The notes: generated from the sequence alone by a model not told the origin. A DNA stretch of 30,871 bases from Candidatus Krumholzibacteriia bacterium (GCA_046754105.1 JBHHVD010000034.1:1-30871), one strand, 5' to 3'. Positions 9,152 to 18,061 are shown, numbered from the stretch's first letter. Program-made: numbers and translations.

Positions 9152-10333
9152 CTATTCGACGCGTTCGACGATACCGGCCGCACCCATTCCCCCGCCTACG
9201 CACATGGTTACGAGACCGTATCTTTCCTTGCGACGCCTCATCTCGTAGAGGATCGTCGCCGTCAGCTTGGCGCCCGAGCACCCCAGGGGATGCCCCAGTG
9301 CGATGGCGCCGCCGTTTACGTTCACCCGGTCCGCCGGGATACCCAGCGTATCTACAACATAAACACTTTGCGATGCGAACGCCTCATTAAGTTCGACGAG
9401 GCCGATATCCTCCAGCGCCAGGCGCGCCTTTTTCAAGACCTTGGGCACGGCGATTGTGGGCCCGATGCCCATGACCTCGGGGTCGACCCCCGCCGTCGCG
9501 TAGGCGACAAATTTGCCCAGCGGTGTAACTCCCAGTTTCTTCATCATTTTCGCACTGGCCAGAACCAGGGCGCTGGCCCCGTCGTTCATGGGCGACGAAT
9601 TGCCCGCCGTCACCGTGCCGTCCATCATGAATGCAGGTTTCAGGCCAGAGAGGGCCTCGAGCGTCGTGTCCGCCCGCGGGCATTCGTCGATTTCGAAGGC
9701 GCTTTCTTGCACCTCGACTTTGCCCCGCGCTCCCAGGACGGGCGTGCGAACGGTGACCGGAACCAGCTCTTCCCCGAACCGGCCCGCTTCGATGGCCGCT
9801 ACCGCCTTCTCGTGGCTGTGGAGCGCGAACCGGTCCTGGGATTCCCGCGTCACCTCGTAGCGGGCAGCCACTCGCTCGGCGGTCAGCCCCATGCTGATAT
9901 AGAATTCGGGATGGGAATCGACGATGCGGATGTTGGGCGCGACTTTGTTGCCGCCCATCGGGATCATGCTCATGGACTCGACGCCCCCGGCGACCACCAG
10001 GTCCGCCTCGCCCAGTTTGACCCGCGAAGCAGCGTAGTTGATCGCCTCGAGCCCGGAGGCACAAAAGCGGTTGAGGGTCAGCGCCGAAACCTCTACCGGC
10101 AGGCCCGCCTGCAGGGACGCCATGCGCGCGATGTTCAGCCCCTGCTCGGCCTCGGGCATCGCACAACCCAGCACGACGTCGTCGACGGCGGAGGCGTCTA
10201 CCCCCTTTACACGGGAGAGCGCTTCGGTAATGACCGTAGCCGCCATGTCGTCGGGGCGCACCTGGCGCAGCGTACCCTTGAACGCGCGGCCCACCGGCGT
10301 CCGCACGGCGGAGAGAATAAATGCATCGGCCAT
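9152..10333 (-). CDS. fadA: acetyl-CoA C-acyltransferase (thiolase, 393 aa)
   Basis: RTPVG, NRFCASG (catalytic Cys), [32 protein letters not shown]. An AAGGA RBS precedes ATG at 10333. Confidence 0.95.
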   Translation of the reverse strand: MADAFILSAVRTPVGRAFKGTLRQVRPDDMAATVITEALSRVKGVDASAVDDVVLGCAMPEAEQGLNIARMASLQAGLPVEVSALTLNRFCASGLEAINYAASRVKLGEADLVVAGGVESMSMIPMGGNKVAPNIRIVDSHPEFYISMGLTAERVAARYEVTRESQDRFALHSHEKAVAAIEAGRFGEELVPVTVRTPVLGARGKVEVQESAFEIDECPRADTTLEALSGLKPAFMMDGTVTAGNSSPMNDGASALVLASAKMMKKLGVTPLGKFVAYATAGVDPEVMGIGPTIAVPKVLKKARLALEDIGLVELNEAFASQSVYVVDTLGIPADRVNVNGGAIALGHPLGCSGAKLTATILYEMRRRKERYGLVTMCVGGGMGAAGIVERVE

Positions 10334-10505
10334 GGGTTCCTTCCTTCTGTTGTGCCCCGCCGGGCACTTGACGGGACCGTTCGCGAGAACGAGTCGGCCT
10401 CGGCCCGATGCGGGTCCTGTCCGCGAACCGCCCGTCCGTGCTCGAAGCCAGCGCGCGGCCGGGCGCCCGTTCGCTGCCACCCGCATCGGACCGCGCGACG
10501 CTTGC

Positions 10506-12902
10506 CTAGTTCCGGAGCGGCTTGCCCTTTTTTAGCATGTGCTGTATGCGTTCCAGCGATTTACGCTGACCGCACAGCCTCAGGAACACCTCGCGTTCGA
10601 GATCGAGGATGTGTTGCTCCGGCACGATCGTCCCCGTGGCCACCCGTCCGCCGCAGAGGATGGTCGCGAGCTCGCCGCCGAGGTAGGCGTCGTAGTCGCT
10701 GATAAACTTTCCTTCCTTGAGCATGTAGAGATGCGTCTTGATGGAGGCGATTCCGCTCTCCCCCACTACGGGAACCGGCACCGTCGGGTCGGGCGGACGA
10801 TAACCTTGCGCGGCGAGCCCCAGCGCCATGGCCTTGGCATACTGCAGCAGGCGATGAGGGTTGACGGCGATACCGTCCGAGCGGCGCAGGAAACCCAACT
10901 GCTTCGCCTCGCCGGCGCTGGTCGCGACCCGCGCCATGCCCACGGTCTCGAACGCCGCGCGCACGAACGGAAACAGGTCGGCGCCCTCGACGTTCGGCCG
11001 TCCTTCGAGCTGCCGCATCAGCATTTCCTTACAGCCGCCCCCCGCCGGCACCAGCCCGACGCCGAGCTCCACGAGGCCGATGTAGGTTTCCGCGGACGCA
11101 TAGATATGCCCCGCTCCCAGGCACACTTCGCAGCCGCCGCCGAGCGTCATGCCGAAGGGTGCGGCCACCACCGGGCGCTTGCAGTACTTCAACGCCATGT
11201 TCGCCTTTTGAAACGCCCTCACCATCAGGTCGATGTCTTCCCAGTTGCCCTCCTGCGCCTCGAGCAGCAGCAGCATGATGTTGGCGCCGACGGAGAAGTT
11301 CGTCCCCTGGTTGCCGATGACGAGCGCCTCGTGATTCGCCTCCACCTCTTTGACCGCCGCCTGGATCATCGACACGATATCCCCGCCGATGGCGTTCATC
11401 TTCGAATGAAACTCCAGACAAACCGCGCCGTCGCCGATATCGACGAGACTCGCGCCCGAGTTCTTCTTGATGACGTTGTTCGCCGTCTTGATGTGCGCCA
11501 GGTCGACCACCGCTTCCCTCGCTGGAAAATCCCGGTGACCTGCGCCGGGCGCGAAGAACGTGCGTTTGGAATCGTCACCCCGGCCGTAAAAACTCTTAAC
11601 CTCGCCCGCCAGGACTTCGGTCACGACCGCCGGCACGGCCCGGCCTTCCTTCTCCAGTCGCGCGGCCACCTTGTCGACACCCAGCGCGTCCCAAAGCTCG
11701 AACGGTCCCTGCACCCAGTTGAACCCCCACTTCATGGCGTTGTCGATCTGCACGATGTCGCCGGCGATTTCACCGAGACGGTTGGCCGAGTAGACCAGGG
11801 TCTCCGAGAGCACCCGCCACACGAACTCGGCGCCTCGGTCCTTGCCCGCGATGACGGCCTTGATGCGCCCGGTCGTATCGTCCATCGCTTTGGCCATTTG
11901 CACGGATGGAAACGAGGCCCGCTCGCGCGGCCGGTAATCGAACTTCTCCAGGTCCAGGGACAGGATTTCCGTCTTGCCGTCCTTCTTGACCTTCTTGTAG
12001 AAACCCTTCCCCGTTTTTTCGCCGAGGTAGCCCTCCTCGACCATCCGCTGGATGACGTCCGGGAGTTGAAAAAGGTCCCTCTGCTCGTCGTCCGGCGCGC
12101 CGTCGTACACGGTACGGCTGGCGTGCACGAAGGTGTCGAGCCCGACGAGGTCCGCGGTGCGTAGCGAGGCGCTCTTCGGGCGCCCGATCACCGGCCCGGT
12201 CAGCGCGTCCACTTCTTCGACGGTGTATCCCTCGTCGACCATCATGCGCAGGGTCACCGCCATCGAGTAGGCGCCGATGCGGTTGGCGATGAAGTTCGGC
12301 GTGTCCTTGGCCAGCACGACACCCTTACCCAGTATTTGTTCGCCGGCCCGGGTCATGAATTCGAGCACGGCGGGATCTGTGGCGTCGTTGGGAACGATTT
12401 CCAAGAGATACATGTAGCGGGGAGGATTGAAGAAATGGGTGACGAGAAAACGCTTCCTCAGCGGAGCGTCGAGCACGGCCGCCATGTCGTTTACCGACAG
12501 GCCCGACGTGTTCGAGGCCAGGATTGCCTGGTCGCCGAGGTAGGGCCCGATGCGGGTAAACAGCGATTCCTTGATATCGAGCTTCTCTGTGACCGCCTCC
12601 AGGACCCAGTCGACGTCTTTGAGCTTGTCGAGGTCATCCTCGATGTTGCCCGGCGTTACGAGGCGCGCCTTGTCATCGGTGTAGAACGCGGCGGGTTTGG
12701 ACTTGAGTGTTTTCGCCAGCCCGTTCCTCGCGAAAGCGTCCCGGTATTCGCGTGACGACTTGTCGCCACCAACACCGCTTCCCTCCGGCGGTACGATATC
12801 GAGCAGCAACGTGGGGATACCCACGTTGGCGAGGTGGGCGGCCAGCGTGGCGCCCATGACACCGGCCCCCAGCACGGCGGCGCGGTCGATCTTGTATGAC
12901 AT
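10506..12902 (-). CDS. fadN: 3-hydroxyacyl-CoA dehydrogenase / enoyl-CoA hydratase fusion (FadN/YusL type, 798 aa)
   Basis: Rossmann motif VLGAGVMG, EAVTE, SNTSG, HFFNPPRY, PNFIANRIG. C-terminal crotonase domain (NFSVGAN, LGGGCEV, GLVELGVGLVPAGGG). Confidence 0.92.
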   Translation of the reverse strand: MSYKIDRAAVLGAGVMGATLAAHLANVGIPTLLLDIVPPEGSGVGGDKSSREYRDAFARNGLAKTLKSKPAAFYTDDKARLVTPGNIEDDLDKLKDVDWVLEAVTEKLDIKESLFTRIGPYLGDQAILASNTSGLSVNDMAAVLDAPLRKRFLVTHFFNPPRYMYLLEIVPNDATDPAVLEFMTRAGEQILGKGVVLAKDTPNFIANRIGAYSMAVTLRMMVDEGYTVEEVDALTGPVIGRPKSASLRTADLVGLDTFVHASRTVYDGAPDDEQRDLFQLPDVIQRMVEEGYLGEKTGKGFYKKVKKDGKTEILSLDLEKFDYRPRERASFPSVQMAKAMDDTTGRIKAVIAGKDRGAEFVWRVLSETLVYSANRLGEIAGDIVQIDNAMKWGFNWVQGPFELWDALGVDKVAARLEKEGRAVPAVVTEVLAGEVKSFYGRGDDSKRTFFAPGAGHRDFPAREAVVDLAHIKTANNVIKKNSGASLVDIGDGAVCLEFHSKMNAIGGDIVSMIQAAVKEVEANHEALVIGNQGTNFSVGANIMLLLLEAQEGNWEDIDLMVRAFQKANMALKYCKRPVVAAPFGMTLGGGCEVCLGAGHIYASAETYIGLVELGVGLVPAGGGCKEMLMRQLEGRPNVEGADLFPFVRAAFETVGMARVATSAGEAKQLGFLRRSDGIAVNPHRLLQYAKAMALGLAAQGYRPPDPTVPVPVVGESGIASIKTHLYMLKEGKFISDYDAYLGGELATILCGGRVATGTIVPEQHILDLEREVFLRLCGQRKSLERIQHMLKKGKPLRN

Positions 12903-12946
12903 GGAGAATCTCCCTCGGTACGTCTTCCCTGCCCGGCTCTACTACA

Positions 12947-12975
12947 GCTATAGTGATTGTAACGGCTTCTGTCAA
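12947..12975 (-). promoter_or_regulatory. sigma70-type promoter for the fadN-fadA-fadE operon
   Basis: On the - strand: TTGACA (12975-12970), 17-nt spacer, TATAGC (12952-12947), about 45 nt upstream of the fadN start. Confidence 0.55.
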
Positions 12976-13062
12976 CCGTCTGGCCCTTGACTTTCATCAA
13001 AGGCATGCTACTTGCGATAGGGCTGGGACAGAAACCCAACCGCCCCTTGCAAAGGTGAGGCC

Positions 13063-13593
13063 ATGCGCCGGATACAGAACTGGAAAATCCCCCGCAACTT
13101 CAAACCCCGCAGCCGGAAAGGGTGGATCGTCCCGTCGGCGGCTCTCCTCTTGCTTGCCTCGTGCAGCAGCGCACCGAGGTACCGTCCGGGCCCGCCCGAG
13201 GCGGCCCCACCGGAGCCAAAGCGCAACGAAATCGTCCAATTCGCGAGGACGTTTGTCGGTTCACCCTATCGAATGGGCGGCGAGAGCCGGGCAGGGTTCG
13301 ATTGTTCCGGCCTCGTCATGACCGTCTTCCGGCGGTTCGACATCCGCCTGCCGCGGACATCCCTCGACCAAAGCCGGGTCGGAACGCCCATCGATCGCTC
13401 CCACATGAAACCCGCCGATCTGGTTTTCTTCAAGACCTCTGGCCGCAGGCCCGTAACCCACGTCGGGATCTACATCGGTGGCGGCAGGTTCATTCACGCA
13501 TCCACCGGCGCCAGGCAAGTGCGCATCGACGAGCTCGACAACGTCTATTTCAAGCACCGGTTCGTCACCGCCAAACGCCTTCTCGACAGCTAG
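13063..13593 (+). CDS. NlpC/P60 (C40) family cell-wall peptidase, lipoprotein
   Basis: Lipobox LLLASC. GSPYRMGG...FDCSG (catalytic Cys), LPRTS, DLVFF, HVGIYIG, FIHAS. GGTGAGG RBS. Confidence 0.92.
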   Translation: MRRIQNWKIPRNFKPRSRKGWIVPSAALLLLASCSSAPRYRPGPPEAAPPEPKRNEIVQFARTFVGSPYRMGGESRAGFDCSGLVMTVFRRFDIRLPRTSLDQSRVGTPIDRSHMKPADLVFFKTSGRRPVTHVGIYIGGGRFIHASTGARQVRIDELDNVYFKHRFVTAKRLLDS

Positions 13594-13659
13594 AGCCCCC
13601 CTGCCGGGTGGCTCACTACGCACTGTGGCCACGTCCGCGCCGGCCGAGCGCAAAACCGC

Positions 13660-13718
13660 TTGACACCCCCGCGAGCCCTGTGTTCTACTCATTCAGCACG
13701 TTCAGAAATCACTGTAAT
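13660..13718 (+). promoter_or_regulatory. sigma70-type promoter and candidate operator for the GbsR-family operon
   Basis: TTGACA (13660-13665), then TG-t-TCTACT (13681-13689), followed by overlapping imperfect palindromes ATTCAG-N6-CAGAAA (13691-13708) and GTTCAG-N6-CTGTAA (13700-13717). Confidence 0.45.
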
Positions 13719-13742
13719 CACCTTTATCTAAAGTAGATACGA

Positions 13743-14297
13743 ATGATTCGAGCGCGGGATAATTCTCCAGACCCCCTCGGCATACTGATCGAGGGATGGG
13801 GGCGGATGGGCACCTGCTGGGGCGTGGGCAAGGTCATGGCCGAGATCCAGGCGCTGCTCTACCTCAGCCCGCGGCCGCTGTCCCTGGAGGACATGTCGCA
13901 CCGCCTCAAGATCAGCCGCAGCAATATAAGCGTCAACGTGCGTGGGCTTCAGGACCTGGGCGTGGTCAAGAAAGTCATCGTCCCGGGCGACCGCAAGGAC
14001 TACTACACCGCAGAGGAAGACGTGGCGCGGGTCGCGCGCCGCCTGGCCGGTGAAAAAAAGCGCCGCGAGCTGGACCCCGCGCTCAGCATCGTACGAGACG
14101 CCATTCGGGCAGCCGACCAGGCCGGCGGCGCGGCCGCGGTCGACGCCGGCCCGGATCGGCTCGCCGCCGTCGACACCCAGCGCCTGCACAAGCTCAGACA
14201 ATTGATGGAAATCATCGAGGACATCTTCGATTCGTTCATCGGAGAGGCTCCCTCGGACTCGCGGCCGGACCAGCCGCTCAAAACGTCTCGATCGTAG
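13743..14297 (+). CDS. GbsR/MarR-family winged-helix transcriptional regulator
   Basis: WGRMGTCWGVGKVMAEIQALLYLSPRPLSLEDMSHRLKISRSNISVNVRGLQDLGVV...GDRKDYY is the characteristic GbsR-type pattern. Confidence 0.85.
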   Translation: MIRARDNSPDPLGILIEGWGRMGTCWGVGKVMAEIQALLYLSPRPLSLEDMSHRLKISRSNISVNVRGLQDLGVVKKVIVPGDRKDYYTAEEDVARVARRLAGEKKRRELDPALSIVRDAIRAADQAGGAAAVDAGPDRLAAVDTQRLHKLRQLMEIIEDIFDSFIGEAPSDSRPDQPLKTSRS

Positions 14298-14312
14298 AGG
14301 TCGGTCGCTGCC

Positions 14313-15332
14313 ATGTTGCAAGTGCTCAGAAAGTACGAGTCGATGAAGTCGGTCATCGATCGCTGTGATGACATGGTGCTCGACGTGCTGGGGGCGAGCA
14401 GCATACGTGAGGCGAGAATCGCCGCCGAGAGTTTCCGCAACGGGGGCAAGCGTTTGCGCCCCGCGCTGCTGATTCTATCGTCGATGGTCCCCACCGGCGC
14501 GCGAAGGGGCGAGGTGGCGACGTCGCTCATCGAACTCGCCGCCGCCGTGGAACTCATACACCTGGCGACCCTGTTCCACGACGACGTCATCGACGAAGTC
14601 GAATCCCGCCGGCTCAAGCTCAGCGCCCGCGCCAAGTACGGTAACTACGTCTCGGTACTCGCCGGCGACTACGCGCTGGCCGAGGCGCTGCTGCTGGTCC
14701 AGCGCAGCGGCCTTCATCACACGATGCCGGAATTCCTGCGTACGATCCAGGTGCTGGTGAGCGGCGAGAGCCGCGAGACCCGGCACAAGTTTGACTTCGA
14801 GATGAACGAGGCCGCCTACTACGAGATTATCTCCGAGAAGAGTGCATCGCTCTTCGCGCTGAGCTGCAAGGTAGGGGGTATGGAGGGGCATACGGAGTTG
14901 GCTGACCTGATGGGGCACTTCGGTTGGAACATGGGGATGGCCTTCCAGATGATCGACGACCTCGACGACATGCTAAACGTTCCGCATGACTCCATGGACT
15001 GCGACCTCAAGAACGGGTACTTCGCGTTGCCCGTGATCCGGGCCCTGGCCGGTCTCGAGGACGGGTACAGGGAACGCCTGATCGAGCTGATTCGCGGGGG
15101 GGATTTTACACGGGACGACGAAAAGCAGATCATCATGCTGTGCGAAGAGCACGGCGGTTTCCGGCAGGCCAAGATCGAGATCGACAAGCACCTCGACCGC
15201 GCCGGCGGATCGCTCGCGCGTTTTGAGAGCAGCGAGGCGAAACGCATGCTCGAGATGATCCTTCACGACCTCGAGGCGTATTCCGGGGCCCAGATCCACC
15301 GCTACCTGGAATTCTGCCGCGCGAGCGCGTAG
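14313..15332 (+). CDS. polyprenyl diphosphate synthase family protein (trans-prenyltransferase)
   Basis: GGKRLRP, ELIHLATLFHDDVID..SRR (first Asp-rich motif), VLAGDY, GMAFQMIDDLDD (second Asp-rich motif). Confidence 0.88.
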   Translation: MLQVLRKYESMKSVIDRCDDMVLDVLGASSIREARIAAESFRNGGKRLRPALLILSSMVPTGARRGEVATSLIELAAAVELIHLATLFHDDVIDEVESRRLKLSARAKYGNYVSVLAGDYALAEALLLVQRSGLHHTMPEFLRTIQVLVSGESRETRHKFDFEMNEAAYYEIISEKSASLFALSCKVGGMEGHTELADLMGHFGWNMGMAFQMIDDLDDMLNVPHDSMDCDLKNGYFALPVIRALAGLEDGYRERLIELIRGGDFTRDDEKQIIMLCEEHGGFRQAKIEIDKHLDRAGGSLARFESSEAKRMLEMILHDLEAYSGAQIHRYLEFCRASA

Positions 15333-15350
15333 CTTCCTTTTTTCCAGAGA

Positions 15351-15914
15351 CTAATCGAAATCGGCACCGGGCCCGTCGCCCGTCGCGTCCGTGTCATCCT
15401 TCACCGGATGAATGCCGCCCCTCGCCCGCAGGAAAACCAGGACACCGGCGGCCACTAGCGCGAGCGGCCACACGCGGACGAACGGTTCGGACAACCTCGA
15501 ACCGATGGCCCCGCTGGCGCTGAAATAGCTGACGATGGAAAAGATGACGAAGAAGAGACCGATCACCAGGGGCGAGGAGGCCGGCTCGACCACACCCGAG
15601 ACGGCCAGCAGCGAGATGCCGGTCATGAGGGTGATCGTCGGCCAGAGGGTCTCCATGGATTCCCACTGGGCAATCCCGGAGGAAAACACGAAGAAGAACA
15701 GCCCGAACTGGACGAGAAAAGAGCCGAGAAAGAGCTGTCTCGGTTTGCGGCGCGCGGCGAAGATTCTAAGCAGGAACAGGCCGATCAAGAACGGGATCGT
15801 CGGCCACAACGCCTCCCAGCCGAACCAGAGCAGCTTGTTGTTCACAAGTAGAAAAAGCAGCCCCAGAACGGCGAGGAAGATACCGAAAACTTCCTGGTTT
15901 CTGTTTCTGGCCAT
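15351..15914 (-). CDS. multi-pass membrane protein (LiaI/LiaF-like repeated G..L...G / WP units, 187 aa)
   Basis: TGGAG RBS before ATG 15914. Six or more hydrophobic segments with recurring LWP/VWP motifs. The ORF-track extension to 16313 overlaps the opposite-strand kinase gene and is rejected. Confidence 0.75.
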   Translation of the reverse strand: MARNRNQEVFGIFLAVLGLLFLLVNNKLLWFGWEALWPTIPFLIGLFLLRIFAARRKPRQLFLGSFLVQFGLFFFVFSSGIAQWESMETLWPTITLMTGISLLAVSGVVEPASSPLVIGLFFVIFSIVSYFSASGAIGSRLSEPFVRVWPLALVAAGVLVFLRARGGIHPVKDDTDATGDGPGADFD

Positions 15915-15983
15915 AATTTTCAACTCCAAAGGCTCCACGATTTTGGCCGTTGTGCCCGAAATTTGCAAGTGTATACTGGCATC

Positions 15984-16640
15984 ATGATCGGCGACCGCGT
16001 CATCCCCAAACCGTTCCAGACCACCGCTGCCGAGGATCTTTTCGCGATTTTCGACGGACGCGTCGGCCCGCGCGCCGTCATCGCCATCGCCGGCGAGTCG
16101 GGGAGCGGCAAGACCGAGATCGCCTTCGAACTCGTGCGTTTTTTCGAGTCGAGGGGCACGCCTGCAATCATGTTTCAGCAGGATGACTATTTCTTCTACC
16201 CGCCGAGGACGAACGAGGAGACGCGCAAGCGAAGCCTCAAACGGGTGGGCCTGGGCGAAGTGAACCTCAGACTTCTCGACGAACACCTCGGCCATTTCAA
16301 ACGCGTGCCGCAAAAGCGCCTCGAGAAACCACTCGTCGTTTTCTACGAAAACCGCATCACCCGCGAGACCATCGATCCGGCGGCCTTCGAGGTCGCCGTC
16401 GTCGATGGCACTTACACGAGCCTGTTGAAGAACGTCGACTGGCGCGTGTTCATCGACCGCAGCTACAAGGAAACGATCGACGATCGCAAGCAGCGAAGCC
16501 GGGAAGCGATCGACGAATTCTCAGAACAAGTTCTCGAGCTAGAGCACAAGATCATCGCAAAACACAAGACGATGGCGCACATCGTGGTGAAAAGCGACTT
16601 CTCCGTGATGCCGGTCGACCTGGACAGGGACCAAAGCTAG
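15984..16640 (+). CDS. uridine-kinase-like P-loop kinase (218 aa)
   Basis: Walker A IAIAGESGSGKT, QDDYF, VAVVDG, RVFID: the uridine kinase/phosphoribulokinase layout. Substrate uncertain. Confidence 0.75.
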   Translation: MIGDRVIPKPFQTTAAEDLFAIFDGRVGPRAVIAIAGESGSGKTEIAFELVRFFESRGTPAIMFQQDDYFFYPPRTNEETRKRSLKRVGLGEVNLRLLDEHLGHFKRVPQKRLEKPLVVFYENRITRETIDPAAFEVAVVDGTYTSLLKNVDWRVFIDRSYKETIDDRKQRSREAIDEFSEQVLELEHKIIAKHKTMAHIVVKSDFSVMPVDLDRDQS

Positions 16641-16655
16641 AGGGAGGGAGCGCGA

Positions 16656-17897
16656 ATGGCACGGATACGGCGAATCGCCATGCTCAGCGTGCACGGCTAC
16701 TTCGACCCGGAGCCCATCCTCGGCGCGACGGATACGGGCGGCCAGGTTACCTACGTGCTTGAGCTATCGAAGCACCTCGCCGAACTGGATATAAAGGTCG
16801 ATATCTACACGAGGCGTTTCGGCGGCCGCGCGGAAGTGGCAGAGGTAAACAACGACGTGCGCGTCATACGGATTCCGTGCGACGGCGACGACTTCGTCCG
16901 CAAGGAGGACCTGTTTCCCCACCTCGACGAGATGACGGCCAACGTGCAGGCCTACATGGCGCACGAGAACCTCGAATACGACCTGCTGCACTCGCACTAC
17001 TGGGACGCCGGTTATGTCGCCATGAACCTGTCCCGGCGCCTGGGCATTCCGTTCGTGCATACGGCTCACTCGCTGGGCGCGTGGAAGCGAGAACAGATGG
17101 GCGGCGACCCCGCCGAGATGGAACGGCTCTTCAAGTTCGAGGAAAGGATCCATTGGGAAAACAAGATTTTCAGGAGCGCGACCGCCCAGACGGTCACCAC
17201 GATCGACGGCAGGGAAACCTACAAGCGGCTCTACGACTTCGAGAGCCGGGACCTCGTGATCATCCCGCCGGGTGTCGACACGCGGCGGTTCCGGCCCCTC
17301 CGGGACGATGAGCGCGAACGCAGCCTCGATGTGCCGGAGCAATACGTGTTTGCGTTGAGCCGAATCGATTCCAACAAGGGCCTGGATTACCTGATCCGCG
17401 CCTTCGCCGTCGTCGCCCGGGAAAGCGGCGCCCGCCTCGTGATCGGCGGGGGCTCGAAGAAACCCAAGCCGTACGAGGCGCAAGTCAAGCAAGGGCTCAC
17501 GACGCTAGTTGGGGAGCTCGGGATCGCAGACCGCGTGACCTTTACCGGCTACGTGCCGGATGAGCTTCTGGATGCGTATTACCGGACGACCCGCGTGTTC
17601 GTCCTCCCTTCGAAGTACGAGCCGTTCGGAATGACCGTCCTGGAAGCCATGGCGTGCGGCACCGCCGTGGTGGCAACGGCGCTCGGAGGTATCCGCCACG
17701 TACTGACCCACGAACGGGACAGCCTGCTCGTCGATCCCTCGCAGGCCGATCAACTGGGCGGCGCCATCCTTCGCGTTCTCAGCGACGCCCGCCTCGCGCA
17801 GAAGTTGTCCCGAAACGGCCTTGCTCTCATCCGGCGGCAGTTCTCGTGGGAGAGCATCGCGCGTCAAACCCTCTTGTTTTATGAGGGTTACGTATAG
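16656..17897 (+). CDS. GT4 glycosyltransferase, sucrose-phosphate/mannosylfructose-phosphate synthase-like
   Basis: SVHGY...LGATDTGGQVTYVLEL, HSHYWDAG, HTAHSLG, IPPGVD, SRIDSNKG, EPFGMTVLEAMACG. GGAGGGAG RBS. Confidence 0.85.
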   Translation: MARIRRIAMLSVHGYFDPEPILGATDTGGQVTYVLELSKHLAELDIKVDIYTRRFGGRAEVAEVNNDVRVIRIPCDGDDFVRKEDLFPHLDEMTANVQAYMAHENLEYDLLHSHYWDAGYVAMNLSRRLGIPFVHTAHSLGAWKREQMGGDPAEMERLFKFEERIHWENKIFRSATAQTVTTIDGRETYKRLYDFESRDLVIIPPGVDTRRFRPLRDDERERSLDVPEQYVFALSRIDSNKGLDYLIRAFAVVARESGARLVIGGGSKKPKPYEAQVKQGLTTLVGELGIADRVTFTGYVPDELLDAYYRTTRVFVLPSKYEPFGMTVLEAMACGTAVVATALGGIRHVLTHERDSLLVDPSQADQLGGAILRVLSDARLAQKLSRNGLALIRRQFSWESIARQTLLFYEGYV

Positions 17898-17914
17898 CCC
17901 TTCGGCAAAACCCG

Positions 17915-17943
17915 TTGACGAATCCCGCTTATTTCACTACATT
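17915..17943 (+). promoter_or_regulatory. sigma70-type promoter for the cyclophilin gene
   Basis: TTGACG (17915-17920), 17-nt spacer, TACATT (17938-17943), preceded by an AAAA tract. Confidence 0.55.
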
Positions 17944-18061
17944 GGCGGGGAGCGCAGCCGATGCGGCGCTCGCCTGCTTCAGGGGTAATCCCACTTTTTT
18001 GTAGTCAAGACAAACGCCCCGTCACCGGACGACGGCACATTTTCGCCAACGGGAGGAATAC

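Noticed and set aside
9086..12164. Long + strand ORFs (538 and 541 aa) opposite fadA and fadN
   Set aside because: Antisense shadows of well-supported genes.
14054..14060. A-AAA-AAG slippery heptamer in the GbsR-family gene
   Set aside because: It encodes an ordinary E-K-K in a basic helix, there is no convincing stimulatory hairpin or upstream SD, and the -1 frame reads as low-complexity sequence that does not join the next gene.
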